Source of the DNA: Ptychomitrium polyphyllum
Taxonomy: Eukaryota
Direction: 5' to 3'
DNA length: 64,000 bases
Assembly (NCBI GenBank): GCA_973851085.1
Contig: OZ316776.1
Coordinates: forward strand, 12,896,001 to 12,960,000
The notes below the pieces were generated by a model that had not been told where the DNA came from, searched no databases, and saw nothing but the letters and a program-made list of their open reading frames with translations. Each line of letters starts with the position of its first letter. Positions within the stretch are counted from its first letter, which is position 1. Below are positions 52,701 to 64,000 of this stretch, in pieces. The translations under genes and the position numbers were made by a program.

Positions 52701-55700
52701 CAGTCTAAGTTAAAAGTTTTGAAACTCAAACATCTTTGTCTGTCCAACTGATTCATGTATATGAAGTCTAGTACATCCAAACTTCCAGGCTTGTGCCATG
52801 TAAACATAGGCTTGAGTAGCAAAGAAAAAAGACACATCCTTTACAAGGGCAATTTTAAAGCCAGAGTGCTGTGTATTTTGCATAAAGAACAGTTTCAGAA
52901 GAGGCACTTCAGTTCCCTTTCTCTTGAAAAATATATTAATACCATTTGCTGTTCATTTCTGTTTTGCAATGCCACACTTGGCTACTGTGTCACATTGCAT
53001 GCTTGAAAAGAATAGTATATGATACAACTCTCTACACTGGTATGTTCTATCAGTGAAAGAAACATTTATGCAGTATTACTATGGTGATGCAGTATGCTAA
53101 TGATAAGTTTTAAGCTCATAACAGATTATTGGACGTTGTTTGTCACGTTGTTTCTTAAACTTTAAACTTTTTATGATCTTTCTTTAAAAAAAAATCTATT
53201 GTTTTTGTTAAAACTGTGATTTCTTGAAGTTCATACTAGTAATTTAAAAAGTCCTAAATCTCCAACAAATGCAGTAAGTTCTTTACAGATCCATGTGTTC
53301 GTACTAAATCTAACAAACAGTATTAATTTTTGGGCAAATAGTGTCTCAAATGCCCCTTCAAATTAATTGGTATGCCATCTAAATTCTTTAATGATTTTCT
53401 AATGAATTTTCTTTTTTTCTTTTTTAAAGAAACACACTCTGGACTTATGTACTTATGATATTATAGTTTTAAAACACAAGGTATTGGTATAACTTCATTC
53501 AACAATGTTTAATTTTGAATTTTGAATTTGGTAATACAATAACTAAAAGTATGTGGGATAGGAAATAGGAAAAGTTGGTAAATATTGAAAACAATTGGGA
53601 ATCTGAGACAATTGCAAGGACATTATTTGAAAAACTGGCTTAAGTGTAGAATAAGATATGCAAGGATAAGTTTGTACAGGTAGGAATGTGTCTATGTAGC
53701 AATACATTTAATTAGGCTAGAAATTGTTTGATAATATTGTATTCTGAAAGAATACAACATGACAATATATTATATTGCAACATGGCTATTTAAATATATT
53801 TATTTAATGCTTTTTAACAATTATATAGAATGTGAATATTATGATTAAATGGAGTTGTTGACTTTGAAGTTTGTTTATTTTCCAAATTGGAATCGGATTT
53901 TTATTGTAATGTTTTTGGAATTGCATAATGCAATACTTCATAACATCTTTCTTATACTTTTCTATTTTATTGTACAAATTTATATTAAAAGTATTTAAAT
54001 ATAAATGTTTCAAGCACATACTAGATTTTGTATGATTTTATATATGGAAAAAATATACTTTTTGTATATAGCTAGATATTCAAGCAAGATTTGTATCTTT
54101 TTATTTGTTGATACTTCAACTTCAAGTGTATCTTGTTGATATATTTTGTATTATTTGTACCATTCTGGTAATTAAATACAAGGTATCTTGACAAATATAC
54201 ATAAAATCTCATGCGTGACAAAGTTATTGAAGTCTTTAATGCCATCAATTTAATTTTAGGATGGCTATGTTACAATTAAAAAACCAGAGCAAGAGCCTCC
54301 CAAATCAGAGGCTATACAGGTACAATAGTTCTTGATTTCATAGAAATCTTATTATTTTGATTTAACCAATTCATATGAAGGACATTTAATAAAATCTTTT
54401 AAAGGTTAATAATTTGTTTTTAAAATATAGTATTTTTTAATTTTTTTTTTGTGATTTAAGAAATTATTAATTAAAAATATATTAAGATAAGCTACACAAG
54501 TATCGAATGTTAAAATCTAAATACACCTCTATTTCTAGTATAAGTGCATAATAGCTATAAGAATATTTTCAAATTTTACAAGGTGTTGTTTTTTTTTGAA
54601 AATTTTTAATTAAAAATTCGTTTATTTTTTATAACCTATTAATGTCTTTCTTTCATGAAAATTTCAAGATTGACATTTTCATAATTAATAATATCTTTAT
54701 ATTATTAAACTTTATAATTCTTTTATGTAAGTATTCTACCCATTTAAAAAGAATAGTAAATTTTAATTTCATTGTTAATTCAAAATGTAACATCAAAAGA
54801 AAAAGCTGTATACTAAATTTTATACAATTAAATAATCTTGACATGCTAAATAGTTATATGTTTAAAGCTTGTTGCAATAATATTCAAAAAAAATTATTGT
54901 TCAATTATAATAATTTGATTGAGTTAAAAATATTTTAAAAGGTAATACAAAGATATTAATATTAATTTTGTTTAATTGAATTTTGAAAATATGATTTATA
55001 GTTGAAAACCCATACCTTTATTTGAACATTTTGATTATAAAATTTATCAAAAAACTAAATTATATTACATTTTTTCAAATCTTTGGGTTTTGAAGGCTTT
55101 ATAGATTCTTTAGATTCAATGTACATTTCAATGTTATAAATTAGAAATGATGTTGAATTTAAATAAATAGATCATTTACATCAACTAAATTTTTGATTTT
55201 CTGTTAAAAGAATAATAGAAATAAGAAAGTAAACTAAGAAATTAATTAAATTTTATTGTTTTTTAATATAAAATATAACGTAATTCGGTGACAACTTTTG
55301 ACGAATTATGCTTTAACTTGTATGTCTTGATAAATTCTTGCTATAAACAGATGGCAAATGTGAGATGTTCAATTTGCACAGAGCACAAAGTAGGTGTTGT
55401 TGATATTATACATGTTAGTTATGGAGATCGGTATCAAGTACGTACAACAAAATTTTGCAATGGTTCTTTTTAATAAATTAGGCTATAATAAATGCAGTCT
55501 TTGCTTAAGAAAAACCAAATCTCATATAATGGATAAATTTCAAAAAATTATTATTACATTCTATACAATACTTTTTCTAACCTTTATTCGCATGTGAGGA
55601 ACTTGGCTTTTGATACTTGTTTTTTAACTTTACATGATTTTTGTTCATTTGTTGAAGGAATTTGAATGATTGATATATTTTCCATTGAACATATTTAAGT

Positions 55701-56417
55701 ATTTTATACAATTTAGATTATTCTTTTTATTTACTTTTCTTACTGATTCAAATTACTAATCTTATTGAAATTCATGAAAAATTATACGTTTTTACTTGTA
55801 CATCTTTTATTAAATTAAATTCTTAAATTGATGCTTATATTTTTTACAAAACACGTATTAATTGTTAAAATTTCTACAAACATTGAAAAAAATTGATTGG
55901 TAAAAAACACACTTGTACATATATTAATATTGAAGTTTTATTTTGAATTCTCAATTTCATTTCATATGTTTTTTTTTCTTAAGACTGACATAAGATACTT
56001 AAAAAATGAAAAATATAATCAAATAAAAACTTTATTTTGTAAATATGTGTAGCTAGAATGTTTAAAATGTGGCAACACATGGTATGCAGCAAGAGATGCC
56101 GTATCCGCATTGGTAAGTACAGTCATATTTGTATTGCTTCAAATAACATTCTTATAAGACTAGATCAATTTTAATTAATAATTTTATTTGGTTCAATTTT
56201 CATGTTTTAAATGTTGTTTGATTTTTATGTTATTTTTATAGCATAAAATTTCAATCAATTCTTAGTAAATGCTTTTGAAGATGAATATTGATTATCTATT
56301 CAACAACAAATGTTCGAATTTATTGCATTGAGAGGTTTAATGCTTAAGTTTGAATAATTAAAGCATTATATGGTTTTGTCACAGAAGGCAGCCAATAATA
56401 TACCTAATGTGCACTAA
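49706..56417 (+). CDS. AIPP3: BAH domain + TFIIS-central + Zn-ribbon protein, AIPP3/BDT1-like. Exons 49706-49900, 50262-50324, 50570-51388, 52173-52316, 52577-52660, 54260-54319, 55351-55437, 56053-56112, 56385-56417
   Basis: GQWFYRPEEAEKKGGG.W.SSD.RELFYSFH.DEVPAES..HKC.VHFVP, KYNLKMRQLDFNIK|NN..LA.RLL..ELEPATVLNMSP.ELK, RCSIC...GDRYQ|LECLKCGNTWYAARD. All exons are phase 0 and GT-AG. The last exon is the least certain. The symbol indicates family, not proven orthology. Confidence 0.88.
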
Positions 56418-57164
56418 AATGTTACTAAAATGCAACAAAACAAATTGTAAATCTATGATGGAGGTTTGAACTTCATCTTGAATTATTGACATTGCTTTAA
56501 AATAAATGTCGATGTTCAACCATAAGTAAAATGTTTTTATAATATTCAACATTCAAATTTCTAAGAGAATTTGGTATAACTTAAGAAGAAATAAAATAGA
56601 ATATTTATTGATGGAAAGAAATAATTTTAATACAGGTTGAAAACTCTAGATTTATCAATGACATTGATTAATGTTAATCATGGAATTTTTCCTTCAATCT
56701 AATTGCAAAACCAAAAATACATGAAGCAGTTTGTTTATTAAGAATTTATGCTACTTGAAGCCTCATACAACTTTGACAATCATCAGGTGGTGTAAGCCTT
56801 GTAAGAGCCTTGTTCTTTGTGTTAAGAGGCTTCATCAATGTTAACAAGTGGAAATGTAATGCATCCAAGTAACATAATTAATTGTTGTAACATGCACGTG
56901 GAGTTTTGCAAGTCCAACACTAATTAATACAGTAATAAGATTGCTAACTATATGGTTTGGAAACATGTGACCAAACTAAACGCGCAAAAAAGTAGAAAGT
57001 AAGAGAAAATAAAATAAAATATGAATCCATTATTGAATTTTCATTTTAATTAAAAAGAAATGTATACATGTATGTTGTAAATATGATGCTTATGTAATGC
57101 CATAATATTTGCTATAAACAATCAAAGTTTTCTTTCAATATTTGAAGAATAAAGTATCCAATCT

Positions 57165-57246
57165 ATGTAGGCTGTGCCTTCATCATCCAGTTCATGTAGG
57201 CTGTGTCTTTGTCATCCAGTTCATGTAGGCTGTGTCTTTGTCATCC
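57165..57246. repeat. 29-bp tandem repeat, about 2.8 copies
   Basis: Unit atgtaggctgtg(t/c)ctt(tg/ca)tcatccagttc. Confidence 0.9.
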
Positions 57247-58853
57247 GACCCTCTTGCCTCTCTCCTGTTGTCCGTACCAGCCTCTTCATCAGGTCTATCA
57301 TCCAACATAAAGCAAAGTATGTACACCCAACACCGTCACTACACCTAAAAACATTATTATCTACTAAAAGGATACACTTCATCCTCTAAATCTACAAAAT
57401 ACATAGATAATGTTGCTTTCGCTTGGAGTTAAGCTCTTGAGTACATGCTTGCCATATTAGCCTAAATGATACAAATTTGGATAAGTTGAATAAGTTGAAT
57501 TGATACCAATTTTACAATCTTCTTCATGCACCTCTTCATTATAAAACATTTTTTGAGATTGTTGATTAATTATGTTATTGTCCTATCCAATAGTTAGATT
57601 AAATGTTATTAGTGTACATTCTTCTCTAAAACTATAAAAGCAAAAATATTCAAAATTTTGATTTAATTAAATTTGCGCTAATTTCAAATCAAAGTAGCTT
57701 TACAAAAAATTGGTTGTGAAATTAAGCAACTTAAAAAACCTCATAAACCACTACATGAGAAGTATCTTATCACTTACCTATTCCAACATATTTAATTCAA
57801 AACAAACAAATATTATCTTTTAAATCAAAATTTAAAAGTTTTTGAATTCAAAATTTTAAAATTTGTAATACTTTATTGATAATAACATTCATATATTTCA
57901 AATGAGCAAAATGTATAATAGAAAATTATCATTGTCTATAAATGAAACAATGAATGGAATTTTTTATAAACAATTTTGTAGAATATCCTTTATTTCTTAC
58001 AAGAAATGACTTATTGTTTTAATTGAGTGATTCAAAGATAACTAACAAACAAGTTCATATAAGTAATAGTTAATGTTTGCTTAGAAAATAACAATACTTG
58101 TATCCTTGTCACTTAATATTCAATAAAATTATTTGATTTGCTCATAATCTTACAAAATAATTTCATGCATTTTTTAGTGTTGTTTTGAATTTCATAAACA
58201 ATATAAAAATAGTTTTTATACATCTTACTCATTTATTCTTTTCTAAAAAATTATAAATCATTTTATTAGAAAATTATAAATTAATATTTGCATGCATTCT
58301 ATAAACTAGGCCTATTATTAATCAAAAGTTTGCATTAACATCATTTTGTTACTTCATGAATAGGTTTTTAATTTCATTGACTTCATATCATTTATAAAAG
58401 AAAATGAAACCATTATAACACAGGAACCATAAAAAAAATCACTAAATTTTCAAAAAATTTCAAATACAAAATATGTAAACTAGCACCAACTTGTGTCCAT
58501 ATCATTCCATAGTTTAATGAGCAAAGAAACTCAATGAAAATCCACTTTATTATCTTTAATCTAGGTTGATCCATAATTGTGAATCCATCTATATCCAAAC
58601 CTTAAAATCTTTAAAAATGAATAGGTAAATTTAGAAGGTATACAACTTTTGGACATGAGATTTTAGGTTATGTCATCCAATACCACATACTTCAAAAAAT
58701 TGTACAACTTGTGCATATGATATAAGAATAATATGTTTGAGAGTATGATGCAATTCTTTCTCTCTCGCAAATATGATGTTTTTGAGGTCTATTACTGAGA
58801 TGCCTTAAGGTCACGGTTATGGATTCTCTGAATTAGCCGATCTCTAGAGCCCA

Positions 58854-59230
58854 AGGCTGCGCGATTATCATCCAGTCAGGCTGCGCGATTGTCGTCCACT
58901 TAGGCTGAGCAGGCGAGCACGCTCTTTATCATCCGCGCCCCTCGTGCCTCGGCAGCTTTCTGTGGACCAGCCCCAACGCTGGTGCAAAGTCCAACGTAAC
59001 GCTAGTAGGAGATCGAGTTGTCTCATCCAACGCTTGTGAGAAACGCAGAGGTGCCTCCCTTGTCCAAATTTTGAATGCGCGCTTCCGCCATAGCTACCAC
59101 CAAGCCCTCCAAACCCTACACCTCCCCCCCCCCCCCCCCCAACGCTCGCCTCTTTGCTTCCTCCGCTGCCGTGCCGTTACCCCTCCGCGTTGCTTCTTCA
59201 CTAGAGTGACGCATTAACGCTTTGTTGGTG
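58854..59230 (+). promoter_or_regulatory. Putative RUNKEL promoter: CpG-rich island with a 24-bp tandem unit, clustered AACG(C/G) motifs, telo-box AAACCCTA (59111-59118) and a C17 run (59124-59140)
   Basis: Abrupt switch from AT-rich to CpG-rich sequence about 1.4 kb upstream of the ATG. Motifs read directly from the sequence. Confidence 0.55.
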
Positions 59231-60269
59231 CCAACTACGGTCCCACTTGTTTCCAGGGATCATTGAGATCTGTGTCACTCAATGCGCGTGTGCGGGAGGT
59301 GATCTGGACTGAACTGAACTGAACTCGAGCCTCATTGCGGCGGTTGGCTACCTGCGTTGTAGATTGCATGTTGCATTGCTGCGTTCGGAATTCTTTGGCG
59401 TTAGGAGCTTCACTTCGGGTAAAGTTTTCGTGCGAACTCGTGGTTTTCTGTTCTAGAGCTGGAGTGGTAGTTTGAGGTTCCGCCTCGCATTGGCTGCAGA
59501 GTGGAATTTCGAAGCCTGGGCGAGGTTTGGTTGTTTTTTATACAGGAGCAGTGGATTTCGGCAAAGGTGTTTATAGTTCGAGAGAATTTCCGAGTCGGCT
59601 CGGGGTTCCTGAGGTTTGCGGCGCCTTGGTGGAGTGGAGATTGCGAAGTTGGCGTGATTTGGCTTCTTAAGGTGGATAGTTGTGGAGAAATCTGAGCTGC
59701 ACTGTTGGTGGCCTCTGTGGTGCGAGGCTGTTCCTCCATTTCGCTGTTTTAGGGTGTAGAGGGAGCGAGACCTGGCAGTCAAGCAAGCGTGGAGGTTCAT
59801 TTTGTGAGACTCTGGAGGGTGAGACCTTTTTTCTTGATGACATGGTTGTAAACAATTGTGCTGGAACAAAGTCTCTAAGTTCTGGTTACAGTTCTGGTTC
59901 ATGTTCGGGCACCATTACGCGACGCAATTTATTACATGCTTCGCCTTGGCGAGTTCAGGTTGAATTTGAGATCAAGGAGTGGCAAGCTTTTGCCTCTGCA
60001 ATGTGAGATGAAACAGGCCTTTAAAGTATGAGACAATTTGCGGGTTGCTTCTTTTAGTTTTGGGAATCAGCTTTCTGTGTTCGCACTGTCGAGAGTGGAT
60101 AATATCAGCTATTGAGATTATAAAGCCTACAGAATAGAGTGGAAATTTTGTGGACTTTTCGACCTCCATCCTATGCTGAGTCTAAGTAGGAGCTTCATAC
60201 ACTTCTGTGCTTGAAGAAGTGGCTCCAAGCTAGCGCTGGGGCTGCCTTTGGGCCTTTGAAGTATCTCTT

Positions 60270-63200
60270 ATGAATCAATATCACATCTATGAGGCGATCG
60301 GACGAGGGAAACACTCGGTAATTTCATACTTCCGGGGATCATCTCAGCTCATGCTTTTCATAGAGTTAGTGCAAGTGGTAGATTTGTATTTCGAAATTGA
60401 CTTCTACTTACAGAAGAGTTGGATTCAGCATGAGTGCAACTGTTAATGTCGGGGGAACGAGTGTCCTGGAATAAATCACACCAAAGTTGTTTGCATTCAC
60501 GCAGACTGTGTACAAAGGGAGGAAGAAGAAGACAATCGAGAATTATGCCATCAAAAGTGTTGAGAAGAGTCAGAAAACTAAGGTTCTGCAGGAGGTGAGT
60601 TGGATTTACTCTGATCGATGGCTTACATCCTGAGAGTACCTCACATGCCCGGAATTTTCAACGTCCAAGTTTGTTCTTAGGACAGTTTTACCACATTCTC
60701 TCAGTCTCTTTGGCTTTTGAACAGGTCCGAACTCTTCACTCACTTGACCACAACAACGTCCTCAAATTTTACGCATGGTAACTTCTTTCTTCAATAGTTG
60801 ATTGAACGTCAAATAGTTGCTTAAATACCGACATACACAACTCCCGTGCAGAATACTGACGGTCATTGCGAGTGATGTTTCAGGAAGGATGGCTTCAAGG
60901 TGGAAATTAGAGGTTCTCTATCTTAGGTTTCAATGCCTACACCTTGGGTTGTGTTGATTTAGTTTTTGAGTGACAGGTATGAAACGTCAGCACATTTGTG
61001 GCTTGTTTTGGAGTACTGTGTCGGAGGCGATCTCTTGACGTTGCTTAGGCAGGTGAGTTGCTCCAAATTCTGCATCCCTTATATCTGGTAATGCAACAGT
61101 CAGTTTCTAAAGCCGTTTATGCGTTTTTCTTGAGATTTTTTTTTTCTGATCAAGAGTGAACATCGCGTGGTTCAAGGAGTCTGTTTATCTATTCAGTTTT
61201 GCATTTATTGCTCTTATGTTTTCCAGAAACTTGTAAGTTTCTTTTTGTTATTGGAACCAGTTCAATGCTGTTTGTAAGAACTAGGTTGCATTTTGTGGTC
61301 TTGTTACAAGATCCGAGTATCTTCAGACGAAGTATCTCTTGTTGCGTTGAGTGATATGCCACTCCATTGGGTGCCTAGGATAAATAGAGGTATTTTGTTA
61401 ACTTGGTTGCAAGAACATCCTTTTATCGATATCCTTATCAACATCATTTTGCAGGATTCGCGGATGCCTGAGGAATCTATACATGATTTTGCACGTGATT
61501 TAGTCAATGCTCTACAGTATGGCCCTTTAACATTTTCCACATAAAATTTGTTGCTGTAGATAATGTTTACTATTCCTATCAGATGTTAACTAGTTGATGT
61601 GGCTCAACAAGGACGTGTGGTATTTCAGAATAAGACACTTATTAATATTTACGTGCCTGGTGTGAGGATGTGCATATACCATGATTGCAAAGAAGTGTAA
61701 TTGGTCATCTGTGATTATTAACTTATACGGGTTATCGATATTGGTCGCAAGCAAGAATTGGCTTGTCCTGCTCCCTTTAGCTTGTAGTGTAAATTGGTTC
61801 TTGACAGTAGAATCTCTGTCTTGCAGGTTCTTGCACTCAAAAGGAGTAATTTACTGCGACCTAAAACCGTCAAATGTGCTCTTGGATGAAAATGGTCGTC
61901 TCAAGGTTGGTATGCTTTACTCGTCTAATTCTAGAGAGCTGTTATTAAGCGGTCCATCTTTGCTCTGATGTTTCTTTTCCCTGATCTCGAGGCTACTAGT
62001 TGGCTCTATTAGCTCTGTGTTTGAGTTTGTAGTCAAGCTGTCATTTTTGTTTCTCAGGGCTTCATTTACCAAAGTGATTGTATATGCTGAGTAATGTCGT
62101 GCTTCTCTTTTAAACCAAGACCGAACGTTGAGGTAGCGGGGAGATAACGACGTTAAGTCTCTCCCTGTCAAACGTATATGTATGCTCGTTATCAATAGTA
62201 TGCGTGGCCTTGCCAGTAGTACTGCTCGTGTCTCCCTTCTTCAAGACGTGTTCGTGGATCAAAACGTCTTAGATAATGTATAAACTCTCGACATCCTTTG
62301 AGCGCAGCTTTGCGACTTTGGACTGGCGAGGCGACTTAGTGACATCGCCAAGAGTTCCGTCCAGGAGGTAGCTCTTGCAACCTATGTGTTTTATTTTGCT
62401 GGTCCTTTGCCTTTAATCCTTTAAAGTAACTGTTTGTGCACTTGAATATGATCTCTATTCTGATGATATTGAGGCCTCTCTTGTTCCTGTTGGTACGTCA
62501 TAGAGGGTATTGATTAGTCTGATTTTGAGCTCAAACACCTACTAATCATATTCAATTTCTATGTATATAGCCTCACCCTTCTGCAAATTTTATTTGTTGC
62601 TACATTATTTTCTTGGAGTGGCTAAGACTGCTTTTCATTGGCAGCTACCACAAGCGAAGCGTGGCACACCATGCTACATGGCCCCTGAGCTTTTTCAAGA
62701 AGGTAGTGTACATTCTTTTGGGTCTGATCTGTGGGCACTGGGTTGCGTCATGTACGAATGCTACGCTGGGCGGCCCCCATTTGTCTCTAGCAGCTTCACT
62801 CAACTGGTAAACTCTATAATTTCAGATCCCATGCCACCGCTTTGGGGAAAGCCTAGCCATGAATTTGAGGATTTAGTGAGTTGCCTTCTGGTTAAGGATC
62901 CTGTGCAGAGGATACAATGGGATGAGCTCAGAAATCATCCATTTTGGAGAACGAAGTGCAAAACACTTTCTTTGCCACCGCAGCCTGCATTTACAAATTT
63001 CTTACAACTTACTCACAGATCTTCATCTCCTGAAGAGAAGCCGCAGTTGACAGGTAGGAATACCCCTGTTGAGAAAAAGGCTCCAGATGGGAAAGGATCT
63101 ACGGCTGATAGGGCTACTCTGCGGGAGAAAAGCCAGAGTCAAGCCAAGAAACTGGAAAGCAAACAAGATAGCAAAGGAGCTACTCCAGAGAATAAGAATC

Positions 63201-63916
63201 CTTGTCAAAGAGAGAATGGAAGGAAGGTTTTCAAAGGGCTACATGATAATGCACAACCAAAGGAGTCAGACCCAAAACCCAACGGAGGGGTAACTGCAGT
63301 GAACCTACTGAGATTATCCAAGATAGTGAAAACCAATCTGCTTAAGGAGACTGAGAATGATACGTATCGGCAGAAGTTTAATGCGAATGGGACTTCTGAT
63401 GATACTGATATTACTTTGGAGAATCATGACCTGGAACTCAACTTTGGCGAAGGAGCTGAAAGTGATACCACGGAAGAGGAGGATGACTCTGGTAGCAATG
63501 GCGCTAGTCCAACTACTTCAGCAGAGGAGAAAGACCTTCACAAGGTCTCTACTAAACCCGCTCACACACCAGCTGCGAAAGGAGAAAGCAGAGAATTAAA
63601 TACTGGAACGGAGGAGCCATTGCCAGTTACTCCTCAATCTCAAGTCAACGGTAGGTCTGAGGATCATCTTATTACCCAGGCTGAAATTGAAGGAAAGCAG
63701 TTGGATGCAATGCGACATGTTGCAGCAACGCCACCGGGGGTGGGAATCCCAAGAAAATGCTCGCAGCGTGGTCTAACTGGTATCGAGGAGCCAAAGAAGG
63801 AGCCTGTCGTTTCTCTCCCAAATTCTTCCAGACCTTCAGTAGCACTTTCACAATCGCTTTGGCACCCATCAGACCTTTCTGTGAGGCCAATCATGTTGAA
63901 CCGGCGAATAGAGAAG
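60270..63916 (+). CDS. RUK: RUNKEL/ULK4-type pseudokinase, 5' part (continues beyond the window). Exons 60270-60317, 60505-60594, 60725-60777, 60977-61052, 61455-61516, 61827-61905, 62308-62367, 62645-63916
   Basis: MNQYHIYEAIGRGKHS|TVYKGRKKKTIE, LKFYAWYETSAHLWLVLEYCVGGDL, IYCDLKPSN (YCD in place of HRD), LCDFGL, KRGTPCYMAPEL, LWHPSDLSVRPIM. GT-AG introns in frame. Confidence 0.95.
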
Positions 63917-64000
63917 GTAATGTTTATTGACGTTTCAACGTTGTCCATTGTTGATTTAGAAAAGACCTACTTTTTTTCTTAATATCAAATGTTTCTGCTC

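Noticed and set aside
57165..57246. 29-bp repeats read as a CRISPR array
   Set aside because: Head-to-tail units without spacers, in a eukaryotic context, with no cas genes.
60270..62367. YCD instead of HRD in the kinase catalytic loop
   Set aside because: Normal for the RUNKEL family, so not novel.

Overview
Eukaryotic nuclear DNA from a land plant, most likely a moss such as Physcomitrium. This is inferred from the gene families, the GT-AG intron style, AT-rich decayed transposons and a cilia-type gene. Spliced gene models built by hand: an RLCK-V-type receptor-like kinase (+, 12311-15354), a zeta-crystallin/quinone oxidoreductase (-), a small PYG-motif protein resembling ciliary microtubule inner proteins (-), a class III peroxidase (-), a group-4 LEA (+), an AIPP3/BDT1-like BAH-TFIIS protein (+) and the 5' part of the RUNKEL/ULK4 pseudokinase (+, runs off the window). 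There is also an intronless unknown protein with plastid-targeting features (-). Decayed transposons include a Ty1/copia element with both LTRs (about 7605-10592) and a Helitron PIF1 remnant (about 36.1-36.8 kb). The most unusual part is 16.4-23.9 kb. It holds an intronless IF-2B/ribose-phosphate-isomerase-like gene that looks fungal rather than plant, with a possible eroded Nudix domain upstream and a host-style spliced leader. Two pseudogenised copies of an unidentified membrane-protein family flank it. Also notable: a Tyr-to-His change in the methyl-lysine cage of the BAH protein, a near-perfect 95-nt hairpin in that gene's putative leader intron, and a duplicated block with clustered AACGC motifs upstream of RUNKEL. 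Family assignments come from recalled motifs; no database search was run.
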